A stretch of 20,000 nucleotides of DNA from IMG/VR virus record IMGVR_UViG_3300001605_000027; one strand, given 5' to 3'. The position numbers and the translations under genes are program-made. Positions 8,048 to 16,376 of the stretch are shown here, piece after piece. The stretch comes from an uncultured virus (IMG/VR IMGVR_UViG_3300001605_000027). Lineage: Duplodnaviria > Heunggongvirae > Uroviricota > Caudoviricetes. Each line of letters starts with the position of its first letter. Within the stretch, counting starts at the first letter, position 1. Below the pieces are notes generated by a model. The model searched no databases. It worked only from the letters and a program-made list of their open reading frames with translations, and was not told the origin of the DNA.

Positions 8048-8215
8048 ATGCTGAGAGTCATATTCCATTCGAACCGACAACGCGACGCGTTCATTCGCAC
8101 CAGCGGCATTCAGTCGAATGAGATCGTTTCGGTAGGTTGTGGCGTGTTGTATGTCACTCAATCGGCGATCGATTGGTCGATCAACGATTGGGTGATGCGA
8201 GTCGAGAACGTTTAA
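8048..8215 (+). CDS. small hypothetical protein (55 aa)
   Basis: AAGGG RBS and ATG at 8048, 34 nt after the HHR-2 cleavage site. Confidence 0.65.
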   Translation: MLRVIFHSNRQRDAFIRTSGIQSNEIVSVGCGVLYVTQSAIDWSINDWVMRVENV

Positions 8216-8234
8216 CAATTCAAGGCAACCACCA

Positions 8235-8438
8235 ATGGCAACCGCAACCACCGTGCAAAACGCACTAGGCGAAACGTTCGACTTGTCGACCATGACTGGA
8301 TGGGAAGTGAAGAAACTGTGTCGTGAATTGACCGCTGAGTCGGTCATGTATGGCCACATTGAAGACGTAGCCAAGCGGGATTGGCTACGCGATCAGCGTG
8401 ATATCGTCGACGCTGAGATTCGTCGGAAGTGCTACTAA
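8235..8438 (+). CDS. small hypothetical protein (67 aa)
   Basis: Its CAAGGCAA leader matches that of the 7633 gene. Confidence 0.7.
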   Translation: MATATTVQNALGETFDLSTMTGWEVKKLCRELTAESVMYGHIEDVAKRDWLRDQRDIVDAEIRRKCY

Positions 8439-8447
8439 GGATCAACC

Positions 8448-8779
8448 ATGACAAATGACTGGCTACCACCACTCGCCGCCGACGCCGAGCAAGGCCGCGA
8501 GATAGTGNAACNTACCCCGACCGGATCANNCGTCCATGCGTCGGTATGTTCAGATCAATAGCACGCGGCGACCGTGCGACGTTGTATCGTGCTGGCACTG
8601 GTCAGTACGGTGGCCGTGGATGGGTGCCGATTCATAAGGTGCCGGTTCATCTGCGATCGTCGCTTTACGGAGTCCCCAACAACGATTGGCAGGATGCGTA
8701 TTTCAAGACGCCGCAAGCAGCGGCAAAGATGCTTCACTCGATCGGTAAAGGCCCGGCCAATGTCCGCCAATCAGTGTAA
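8448..8779 (+). CDS. hypothetical protein (frame interrupted at ambiguous bases)
   Basis: TAAGGA RBS and ATG at 8448. Removing the Ns at 8508 and 8512 gives a continuous frame joining MFRSIARG...VRQSV. Confidence 0.6.
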
Positions 8780-9071
8780 GTGCCAAGGCTTCGGCTACTT
8801 CTACGGCAGCGAGATTCTCGGCTGGCGTCGCCGTCCATGGGATCGACTGACGTGTCGCGACTGCGGCAAGCCGTCGGCATGGCAGCGGCTACTGTACTGG
8901 TGGTACGGCTATCGAAGCAATGCCCAAGCGATCGAGAGTCCGGCGAGTTATGTGTTGTCGAATCCACAATTCAATGGCGGCCAAGAGTGCGACGTCGAAC
9001 GCGGCCCGTGTTCGTGCGGGGCTTGGCATGATGAAGTCGACCGTCCAACGTTTGATGATGATGTTTTTTAG
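8760..9071 (+). CDS. Cys-rich (Zn-binding) hypothetical protein
   Basis: Contains CKC, CRDC and ECD..GPCSCGAWH, and overlaps the upstream gene end. Confidence 0.6.
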   Translation: MSANQCKCQGFGYFYGSEILGWRRRPWDRLTCRDCGKPSAWQRLLYWWYGYRSNAQAIESPASYVLSNPQFNGGQECDVERGPCSCGAWHDEVDRPTFDDDVF

Positions 9072-9094
9072 TTCCTTTAACCTCACTAGGTGAA

Positions 9095-9370
9095 ATGATG
9101 ACAGTGGCAGAAGTTGAGCAAGTCGAACAATCGAGTCGACAAGATAATTCGATCGAGAGCCGGGTTGCCCGCAGTCTGGCAATCGCTCGATATATCCGGG
9201 CCGTAGCGAAGTTTGAAAACGCGTCGCGAGACTTCAACGACGCGTGCCAGCACGTCCGCGAAGTTGCCGAGCATGGCAGCCGTTTCGTTACAACCGTCGA
9301 TTACAAGAGCTACCTTGTAACCGTCGAAAACGACGGATCGTTCGAAGTCGTTCCGATCGACGTTATCTGA
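9095..9370 (+). CDS. hypothetical protein
   Basis: 91 aa with an AGGTG RBS. Confidence 0.75.
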   Translation: MMTVAEVEQVEQSSRQDNSIESRVARSLAIARYIRAVAKFENASRDFNDACQHVREVAEHGSRFVTTVDYKSYLVTVENDGSFEVVPIDVI

Positions 9371-9382
9371 TTTTTTGCCAAC

Positions 9383-9420
9383 GTTTATCCGTTGACAGAT
9401 AAACCGACGGCGTATAAGAT
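9383..9420 (+). promoter_or_regulatory. sigma70-type promoter with palindromic operator
   Basis: TTGACA (9392-97), a 17-bp spacer, then TAAGAT (9415-20). The IR GTTTATC-N8-GATAAAC (9383-9404) straddles the -35. Confidence 0.8.
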
Positions 9421-9457
9421 TCTCAAAGCCAGCTTGGCAAGTGGCAATAACAAGTCC

Positions 9458-9488
9458 GGTCGGTCCCGCAGCCAAGGCGGGGCCGACC
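9458..9488 (+). promoter_or_regulatory. leader hairpin upstream of the Dda-like helicase
   Basis: GGTCGGTCCCGC-AGCCAAG-GCGGGGCCGACC gives 12 bp including one G-U. Confidence 0.65.
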
Positions 9489-9513
9489 ATTCCTTACACT
9501 TCACGACGGATCG

Positions 9514-10687
9514 ATGGTTCAGACGATCAAACAACTATCGACCGACCAGGAATCCGCCGTCGCGTCGATTCGTGCGTTTGTCCGATCGGGCAGCCAGCAG
9601 TTGACGATGGGCGGCCTCGCTGGAACCGGCAAGACGTCGATCATGTCGTACCTGTGGCCAGAACTGATGGCCGCCGGTGCCTATGTGATTACGCCGACGG
9701 GCAAGGCTGCGAGTGTCCTACGCAAGAAAGGCATCGACCGCGTATCGACGATTCATGCGTTGTTGTATTTGTTTCGCGGCGTCGTCGACGACGTCCGCAC
9801 CGGTGAAAAGCCGATATTCGACAATCGCCACGATGGCGATTGGGGCTGCGATATCACGCCGAAGATGCTTGTGTGCGACGAGGCATCAATGGTCAACAGC
9901 CAATGTTATGACGACGTCATGGCCCGCGACGTCCCCGTTATATGGGTCGGCGACCACGGCCAGCTTGCCCCGGTCGGCGGCGATCCCGGCATCATGCGAG
10001 ATCCCGACATCCGACTCGAAAAGATTCACCGTCAAGCCGAAGGCAACCCCATCTTAGACCTAGCGTTGGCCGTCCGCCATGGATTGTCGACCGAGCGATT
10101 CCGCGACTTCGCCGACGGCGACCGCTTGAAGATCGGCGGCATCCTCGATGATCGGCGGCTTGTGAAGTACGCAAGGGACAACGAGATAGATCAAGTGATC
10201 GTCGGCGTCAACGGCAAGAACCGTCGACGACTACGGGTCAAGGCATAAGATCAACCGGCTATTCCGCGAGTCCTACGGATTCAAAGATGATTTGTGTGTC
10301 GGCGACCGGCTGATTTGTACGTTCAACAATCGACGGCGTGGGATCAGCAACGGTGAGATATTCCGCGTCGATGCGATCGAGTTTTCGACGGCGACTTATC
10401 ACAACTGCTATCTATCGAGTGAAACCGCCGACGGATGGGAGCCGCTGGGCAAGTCGATCAACGTACAGCGGATATCGCTGGGCAACCCGGATTACCGGTC
10501 GGCGGATCGCGTCCCTGACTGCGGCGAGTTCGATTATGGCCATGGGATCACCGCCCACAAAAGCCAAGGGTCGCAATGGCGTCGCTGCTTAGTGGTGCAT
10601 CGCAACGTCCATGCGTTCGATATGGATCGCTGGGCTTATACGGGTTTTACGAGGCCGTCGGAACATTTGAGTGTGGTGATACGATGA
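9514..10687 (+). CDS. Dda/RecD-like SF1B helicase (one +1 frameshift at ~10216-10245)
   Basis: First frame has GLAGTGKT, TPTGKAASVL, STIHALLY, CDEASMV, VGDHGQLAPV and LEKIHRQ. The +1 frame continues TVDDYGSRHKINRLFR...GDRLICTFN...YGHGITAHKSQGSQW...WAYTGFTR. Confidence 0.88.
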
Positions 10688-11151
10688 CAACAACAACCAC
10701 CCCAAAGATCGACGTCGCCAACATCGTGCTAGCGTCGTTCTTCGACGGCAGAATCGAACGTCGCAAGGGCGGCATGTATGTTTGCTGGACTGACCGCCAC
10801 AACGGCGACGTCTCGAAACGATGGCAGTGTCGCGGCCAAGACTTCTATCCGGTGTGGCACCATAAGTATCCCGGTGGCGGGACATCATCGACGGCGTTAA
10901 GCCAACTGATTCGCTGGGTGCAAGGCAAACCTGCGTTGCCGATATCGACGTGGCGAATGTGGGCGAGCGAGAGTTGCAGTCTGTTGCCGATCGAAGCCGT
11001 CCAGCAATTGATCGTCGGCGGCTATCCGCAGAGCGTCGATTGTGTGCTGTGTAAGAAGCAGATCGAAGGCCGATTGGATTGGTGGAGTCTCGACGGCGTG
11101 ACAGGTCCGTGTTGTGGTTATACGAGTGGTTGTAGGCAAAAGACACAATGA
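10684..11151 (+). CDS. hypothetical protein, Trp/Cys-rich
   Basis: ATGA overlap with the helicase stop. C-terminal CVLC...GPCC....GC. Confidence 0.75.
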   Translation: MTTTTTPKIDVANIVLASFFDGRIERRKGGMYVCWTDRHNGDVSKRWQCRGQDFYPVWHHKYPGGGTSSTALSQLIRWVQGKPALPISTWRMWASESCSLLPIEAVQQLIVGGYPQSVDCVLCKKQIEGRLDWWSLDGVTGPCCGYTSGCRQKTQ

Positions 11152-11393
11152 ACAAGACACTCGTAGCCATCGCCGCAATCGGAGTGCTTGTCGGATTCAA
11201 CGCCGGGCAAGCGTATGAACGCTATCGAACGACGAAACCGAATCGTCGAAGATATCCGCCGGATCGAAGCCGAGCGTTAAGTGCTAGACTTCGAACGTCG
11301 AAGGCTAGAATCGATTCAGTTATGGGAAAGCAAGATATGACCAACATCGAAACCATCCGCCAAGGCATTCGACCCCGTTTGCCGAAGCGTTGA
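11148..11393 (+). CDS. small protein with N-terminal hydrophobic helix
   Basis: ATGA overlap. Begins MNKTLVAIAAIGVLVGF, followed by a basic tail. Confidence 0.6.
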   Translation: MNKTLVAIAAIGVLVGFNAGQAYERYRTTKPNRRRYPPDRSRALSARLRTSKARIDSVMGKQDMTNIETIRQGIRPRLPKR

Positions 11394-11764
11394 AAGCCAA
11401 CGAGACCGATACGCTGGGCAGGCTGACCGAAGGTGAAAAGATACTGTTTTGGACTGCGGGATCGTGGACTGAAGCCAAACGCGTCACGCTTGGCGATCTT
11501 CGGCGACTGGCCCGAGCCATCAACGCCGAGCCGTCCGGCGACTTAACAGCCGACTTTCAAGTATGGGCATTTCGCGACAGCCACGGCAACACTGCTATTA
11601 ACGTCTGCGAAGAATCGAGCGACACAATACAAATCTGCGGACTAAAGAACGTCGAAGGCGATGGCGTCTACTTCGAATCCGAGGCGTATCACGCCCCCGC
11701 GTGGTGCCACGTAAACGGTATATCGTATTCGCATCGAGAGCATACTATTGAGGCGACGATCTGA
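11390..11764 (+). CDS. hypothetical protein
   Basis: TTG start overlapping the upstream TGA; 124 aa; start position uncertain. Confidence 0.6.
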   Translation: MKANETDTLGRLTEGEKILFWTAGSWTEAKRVTLGDLRRLARAINAEPSGDLTADFQVWAFRDSHGNTAINVCEESSDTIQICGLKNVEGDGVYFESEAYHAPAWCHVNGISYSHREHTIEATI

Positions 11765-11766
11765 TA

Positions 11767-12123
11767 ATGTGCGACTGCTTCGACAACCAACCGACATTCT
11801 ACAACGCCACGACAGTCAAAGGCCGCAAGGATCATCGTTGCTGCGAGTGTCTGCGGACGATCGCAAAAGGCGAGCGGCATCAGTATGTCAGCGGGTTGTG
11901 GGATGGCGACTTTTCGCAGTATCGAACATGCCAAGATTGCCTTGACATTATCGCATCGCTGGATTGTCCGTGCATGGCTCACGGGCTGTTGATGAATGAA
12001 GTGTCGGAGATCGACGAAAGCCGGATGACCGACGCGATGCGAGCATTCAATGATCGACGCGACGCCAACTATCGAGCGTTGGCCGCCGAGCGAAAACTTA
12101 AACGAGAGATGGCGGCCCAATGA
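11767..12123 (+). CDS. phage Zn-finger protein
   Basis: RKDHRCCEC..TI.KGE.....SGLWDGDF...RTCQDC, a pattern common in phage accessory proteins. Confidence 0.8.
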   Translation: MCDCFDNQPTFYNATTVKGRKDHRCCECLRTIAKGERHQYVSGLWDGDFSQYRTCQDCLDIIASLDCPCMAHGLLMNEVSEIDESRMTDAMRAFNDRRDANYRALAAERKLKREMAAQ

Positions 12124-12461
12124 CCAACAAGAAAACCGGAGCCGCCCCGCGAGCGCACCTCGTCCGCGAACACTCGATCATCGAAGCGATTAAGCGTCAC
12201 CTACGCAAGTATGGCTGGATATGCTGGAAAAATCACGGCAGCGGCTACACCGAAGTCGGACTGCCCGACATCATGGCATTTCGCAACGGCGTTTTCATGG
12301 CGATCGAAGCGAAGCGGCCCGGCAATAAGCCGACGGACATGCAGTTGCATTGGATCGAGCGGTATAAGAATCAAGGGGCCATCGCATTCGTGGCGTATGG
12401 CGTGGCGGACGTAGAACGTGAATTAGTGGCGGCGGGACTGAGTGGACCAATTGAGGATTAG
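12120..12461 (+). CDS. VRR-NUC domain (PD-(D/E)xK) nuclease / Holliday junction resolvase-like
   Basis: E..I...I...L, GLPDIMA, AIEAKRPGNKPTDMQ..W..R....GA.AFVAYGV.D. Confidence 0.9.
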   Translation: MTNKKTGAAPRAHLVREHSIIEAIKRHLRKYGWICWKNHGSGYTEVGLPDIMAFRNGVFMAIEAKRPGNKPTDMQLHWIERYKNQGAIAFVAYGVADVERELVAAGLSGPIED

Positions 12462-12475
12462 AGCGAGGTAATTTT

Positions 12476-13003
12476 ATGCGATGGCGAGATATTCGATTTG
12501 AGAAGCCGACCGAGGCGGATGGGGACTCTAGCGGGCGGATTGTGCAGCTACTTGACAGCGGCGGCTTGCTGGCGTGGCCTTACGACAACACCCAAGGATG
12601 CGTCGCGTGGCTGCCGATGTCCGAACTCCGCGCGTTTACCCCGATTCCCGACCCGCCCGAGGGCTGGCGATTTGTGCAGGCTGGCGAGGCGTTTGATAAG
12701 CGGGCGAAGTGGTACGCCAGAAGCGATGCCAAGTGGCATTTGACTATGCATAAGGAAAGCTACGATCCTGACTTTGCATACATCGTCCCCATCAACCCGC
12801 CAGAACCGCAGTATCGACCGTTTGCGAATGCCAAGGAGTTCGCACCGCATCGGGACAGGTGGATACGGACGCCAGGCCAAGACACGGCTAGGCGAGTCCT
12901 TCATTACAGCGATCGCGGCGTCGACGGGATGGCGTATTCGACGCTATTTAGAGATCGGACGTTCGACGACGGTAGCCCGTGCGGGGTTGAGGTGACGCCA
13001 TGA
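12476..13003 (+). CDS. hypothetical protein
   Basis: GAGG RBS. Contains PEPQYRPF....EF and ends TFDDGSPCGVEV, as in phage accessory proteins. Confidence 0.8.
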   Translation: MRWRDIRFEKPTEADGDSSGRIVQLLDSGGLLAWPYDNTQGCVAWLPMSELRAFTPIPDPPEGWRFVQAGEAFDKRAKWYARSDAKWHLTMHKESYDPDFAYIVPINPPEPQYRPFANAKEFAPHRDRWIRTPGQDTARRVLHYSDRGVDGMAYSTLFRDRTFDDGSPCGVEVTP

Positions 13004-13308
13004 GCGATAAACCAAAGCTAAGATTCGAAGACGAAGTGCCGATGCGATTCCGTCGCGATGAAGACGTGATCGTACGGACGGTTGGCCAAGTGATCGACGA
13101 ATTGTCGCAGCTGCCGCGAGATTTGCCGCTACTGGGCGACTGCGGCAATGGTCAGTATCGGATCAGCGTGACGCGATGCGTAGCCGATTGGAAGCCAGAC
13201 GAATTGGCTTGCTGTATTGACCCTGACTGGACGTCCGACGATGACGACGACTCTTTCGACGATGACTATGACGATTCGGATGACTACGATTACGGAACCG
13301 ACGTGTAA
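13000..13308 (+). CDS. hypothetical protein with very acidic C-terminus
   Basis: GAGGTG RBS and ATGA overlap. The tail reads DDDDDSFDDDYDDSDDYDY. Confidence 0.75.
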   Translation: MSDKPKLRFEDEVPMRFRRDEDVIVRTVGQVIDELSQLPRDLPLLGDCGNGQYRISVTRCVADWKPDELACCIDPDWTSDDDDDSFDDDYDDSDDYDYGTDV

Positions 13309-13311
13309 CCT

Positions 13312-13815
13312 ATGAAAATCCCATTCACCAAAAACATCGAAGTCGAGTCCGAAGTGGACATAGACATCGACGACATCACCAACGCGTTGCAAGAGCAGAT
13401 CGTCGAATGCAACCGAGCGATGCAGTATGAAGGCAATCGCGGACGCATCTTTGCGGTCAGCCAAGCCGCGTCGTTCATCATTAAAATGCTTCGGGCCATC
13501 ACCGACGCGATGATCGAGACGATACCGCAGTCGACACGTAACATCGTCGCCGAAGCGTTACGGAATCAGTCTGTCCGCTGGGGCGGCAAGCCGCGAGTGA
13601 TCGGCGACGATTGGGAAGTGCGACGCGTGGCGACGGGGTTGTCCGACGAAGATATCAAGGCGAAATTGATTCGGATGCGACTGTACTTCATCGCCAAGGG
13701 TGCCGGAGTCGGCGAGTGTGCCGCGTGGTGCGAGTTGAAGCAAGCGTTCGCCGTCGGTGTGTCCGACGAAGCGGACGAAGAATGGCTCGAATCGTATCAG
13801 CAGCGTAACGGCTGA
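13312..13815 (+). CDS. hypothetical protein
   Basis: 167-aa ORF starting 3 nt after the previous stop. Confidence 0.75.
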   Translation: MKIPFTKNIEVESEVDIDIDDITNALQEQIVECNRAMQYEGNRGRIFAVSQAASFIIKMLRAITDAMIETIPQSTRNIVAEALRNQSVRWGGKPRVIGDDWEVRRVATGLSDEDIKAKLIRMRLYFIAKGAGVGECAAWCELKQAFAVGVSDEADEEWLESYQQRNG

Positions 13816-13847
13816 ACACCATTTTGCTGACGCCAGCAAAATGGTGT
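13816..13847. repeat. perfect 14-bp inverted repeat
   Basis: ACACCATTTTGCTG-ACGC-CAGCAAAATGGTGT, immediately after the 13815 stop. Confidence 0.85.
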
Positions 13848-13876
13848 ACCGGCGACAACGCGAAACGGATCAAACA

Positions 13877-14239
13877 ATGAACAACCAAAACCGCCAATCG
13901 ACTTGGCGAGGAATGCACGAAGTTCCCGATGACGGCGAGTCACTCTGGATTGCTGTGCTTGAATGGGACGGGAAGCACACACACGTTGAATACGCCGAGG
14001 CGTATTTAGACATCGACGGGATGCGTGTAAAGCGATACGAACAAGAAGACGATGAACCATGGCCGCCGAAAGACGGACTGGCTTGGCAACCATGCGAGAT
14101 ACCGGGCTACGTGGCTTGCTGTCCGTTTTGCCAGCAACCGATCATTGATGTGTTTCGCAATCCATGCTGCCAGCAGACGATTGAGCTGCGTGACAAGATA
14201 GTGAATGAGCATCGGGAATCGTCAATTTCTCCCAAATAA
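13877..14239 (+). CDS. hypothetical protein with C-terminal Cys cluster
   Basis: GGA RBS and ATG at 13877 (a longer start at 13757 is possible). Pattern W....E.P...LAWQP...CCPFC...CC. Confidence 0.7.
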   Translation: MNNQNRQSTWRGMHEVPDDGESLWIAVLEWDGKHTHVEYAEAYLDIDGMRVKRYEQEDDEPWPPKDGLAWQPCEIPGYVACCPFCQQPIIDVFRNPCCQQTIELRDKIVNEHRESSISPK

Positions 14240-14305
14240 TTCTTGCGACGCCCCGACGTTGCCATAGCTTGAACTTGTTCGGTACTCGATCAAGTGGCAG
14301 TCGTT

Positions 14306-14638
14306 ATGGAACGTGTCTCAGTCGTCCAGCATCTTCGCAACAAGCACGAAGCCCGTCGGCAGCGTCGCGAACTTCAAGAACGCTACGGGCGTGCCCGCGT
14401 CGTCCTTGCCGAAGCCGACATGCGGGAATGCCTCGTTGAATCGGGCGGCGACGTCGACAAAGCCGCCGAACTATTCGAGCAACGCTGGCGACGACTCCAC
14501 GACGACGGCCCGGGGTCGATTGCGATGATTCTGACGTTCGTCCAGTTGGCCATTCTGGCCTACAAAATCCTCCGATATTTCGGCTTTCTCACACCATCGC
14601 CCGAGCAATTCGAGCAAGTTTACAGCGAAAATCTCTAA
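14306..14638 (+). CDS. membrane-anchored hypothetical protein
   Basis: C-terminal hydrophobic helix IAMILTFVQLAILAYKIL; alternative GTG start at 14294. Confidence 0.75.
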   Translation: MERVSVVQHLRNKHEARRQRRELQERYGRARVVLAEADMRECLVESGGDVDKAAELFEQRWRRLHDDGPGSIAMILTFVQLAILAYKILRYFGFLTPSPEQFEQVYSENL

Positions 14639-15195
14639 TGTATCGACACAACCACCGGCATAGCAGCGACAGCGGCATAGCGACGCTGATCGGACTGATT
14701 CTGACCATCATTTTGCTGCGATCCTACGTCGTCGGCGACTTGTTCAACATCGTCAACGCCATCGGATTCAAGGCGACCGGCTATTCGGTGCCGTCGGGAC
14801 AGTTTGCGACGATGGAGTCGATGGAGTCGATGGGATCGGTGTCGTACGTGCTGGTGGCGTTTGTCGCCAATCTAGTCTACGGCGTCGGTCAGTTTGCGAT
14901 CCTCGTTTGGACGGGACTCGGCTGGATCATCAGCGACATCATCGCCGGATACCGTCAGTGGTCAGCCGAACGCATTGCCAAGCCGACCGATGCGTCGCCG
15001 GATTTTTCGCAGCTAACCGGCCAGCCCGTCAACGTTCGCGTCGTTGAACCCGATCCGATGGAACAGATACTCGGACAATTTCAAGACAATCTGTTGTCGC
15101 TGCAAGACTCGCTGATCGAGCTATCCAACCGCGTCGAAGCGATCGATCGACCAAAGCCAGCAACACGGACAACACGGGCAAGGGCGAAAACATAA
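14638..15195 (+). CDS. membrane protein with C-terminal coiled coil
   Basis: TAATG coupling, two to three hydrophobic segments, a coiled coil LLSLQDSLIELSNRVEAI and a basic tail. Confidence 0.8.
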   Translation: MYRHNHRHSSDSGIATLIGLILTIILLRSYVVGDLFNIVNAIGFKATGYSVPSGQFATMESMESMGSVSYVLVAFVANLVYGVGQFAILVWTGLGWIISDIIAGYRQWSAERIAKPTDASPDFSQLTGQPVNVRVVEPDPMEQILGQFQDNLLSLQDSLIELSNRVEAIDRPKPATRTTRARAKT

Positions 15196-15377
15196 TGACG
15201 TTTGCTGTTGTCTGCGTATTGCTAATGGCGTCCGCGATCGGCCTTGGATTGGTCGGATGGGTCATCGTCGACGCATGCCGCAGGATCGACAGCATGACCG
15301 AAGAATCGCCGCCAACAACATCGCTTGACGACGGATTGCAACGCTGGGCTGACAACGGAGTTTGTGATGACGATTGA
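15195..15377 (+). CDS. small membrane protein
   Basis: TAATG coupling, an N-terminal TM helix and an acidic tail. Confidence 0.65.
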   Translation: MTFAVVCVLLMASAIGLGLVGWVIVDACRRIDSMTEESPPTTSLDDGLQRWADNGVCDDD

Positions 15378-15885
15378 TATTCCCGCCGTCCAAGTAGTCG
15401 CGTTCGACTTGTTCGGCACGGTGTTCTCATTCGCCGACGTCGATATCGACGAACGACGGGCATACATCGCCCACATTACGAAGCCGGACTATACGCCGCT
15501 GGCGTTGCCCGATTCGTGGCTCGATTTGCCGCTGCATCCCGATTCGCTCGAAGGGATCAAGCGACTGTCGGACAAATACGATCTTTGCTCTTGCTCGAAC
15601 GCTCCTTATGAGTTCACGCAGGAATTGTTTCTGCGATCTGGATTGGCGGGATTGCTTGAGATTGCCGACGTCGAAGCGACGATGGCATTCAAGCCAGCCC
15701 CGGCATGTTACGAATCGATCCGCCATTTAATGGATTGCGAATCCGGCGATGTACTGATGGTCACCGGCAACCGGGGATCAAAAGACGTCGACGGTGCCCG
15801 AGCGGTCGGCATGCAATCGATCCTGATCCGGCAACCCAACACACCGCAAACCATCATCGAACTTGCCGAGCTACTTGGCTGTTAA
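15367..15885 (+). CDS. HAD-superfamily hydrolase (2-haloacid dehalogenase-like)
   Basis: Motif I VVAFDLFGTV, motif II CSN, motif III FKPAPACY, and motif IV MVTGN...DVDGARAVGM. Confidence 0.88.
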   Translation: MTIDIPAVQVVAFDLFGTVFSFADVDIDERRAYIAHITKPDYTPLALPDSWLDLPLHPDSLEGIKRLSDKYDLCSCSNAPYEFTQELFLRSGLAGLLEIADVEATMAFKPAPACYESIRHLMDCESGDVLMVTGNRGSKDVDGARAVGMQSILIRQPNTPQTIIELAELLGC

Positions 15886-15887
15886 AC

Positions 15888-16376
15888 ATGAAACCGATTC
15901 AACCCATCGACTTGTCGATACTGCGACGCGAGCCGCAGGTGTCCGCACCCGCAACGGCACCGAAACGACGGCCACAACGCGACGGCACTTGGATGGTGAT
16001 CGCAGTGATCGCTATCGTGCTGTGTTCGATTGCGTGGGTGATGATCAAACGCGACGGACCAACGCCATCGCCCATCGACGACGATGGCATGTATGTCTTG
16101 GTCGTTAAGCCGACTGACTTGTCGCCGTTGACCAATGGACAGAAAGAGTTCTTGACGTCGGCGAAGGTTGCCGATTGGGTCGACGCGAACGGCGGGCAGT
16201 ATCGGGCGTATCCCGAAAGCCAGAACACGGACAACGAGAATCAGATATGGCGTGATCTACGCCGCGAAGCCGACGCGACACACCGCGTGATCGTTGCGAA
16301 GAATCGGCGACTGACACGCATGACTGTACCGGACGGCATCGACGCGGGAATCGCAGCACTGGAGCGAATACGATAA
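15888..16376 (+). CDS. membrane-anchored protein with Pro-rich linker
   Basis: TM segment WMVIAVIAIVLCSIAWVMI, then DGPTPSP and a small alpha/beta domain. TAATG-coupled to the protease gene. Confidence 0.8.
   Translation: MKPIQPIDLSILRREPQVSAPATAPKRRPQRDGTWMVIAVIAIVLCSIAWVMIKRDGPTPSPIDDDGMYVLVVKPTDLSPLTNGQKEFLTSAKVADWVDANGGQYRAYPESQNTDNENQIWRDLRREADATHRVIVAKNRRLTRMTVPDGIDAGIAALERIR

Noticed and set aside
14243..14270. Possible promoter TTGCGA-N16-TAGCTT before the membrane-gene cluster
   Set aside because: The location is plausible but the match and spacing are too weak to call.
14812..14838. Tandem 9-mer ATGGAGTCG x2 plus a degenerate third copy (MES-MES-MGS)
   Set aside because: A short in-frame micro-duplication with no sign of wider significance.
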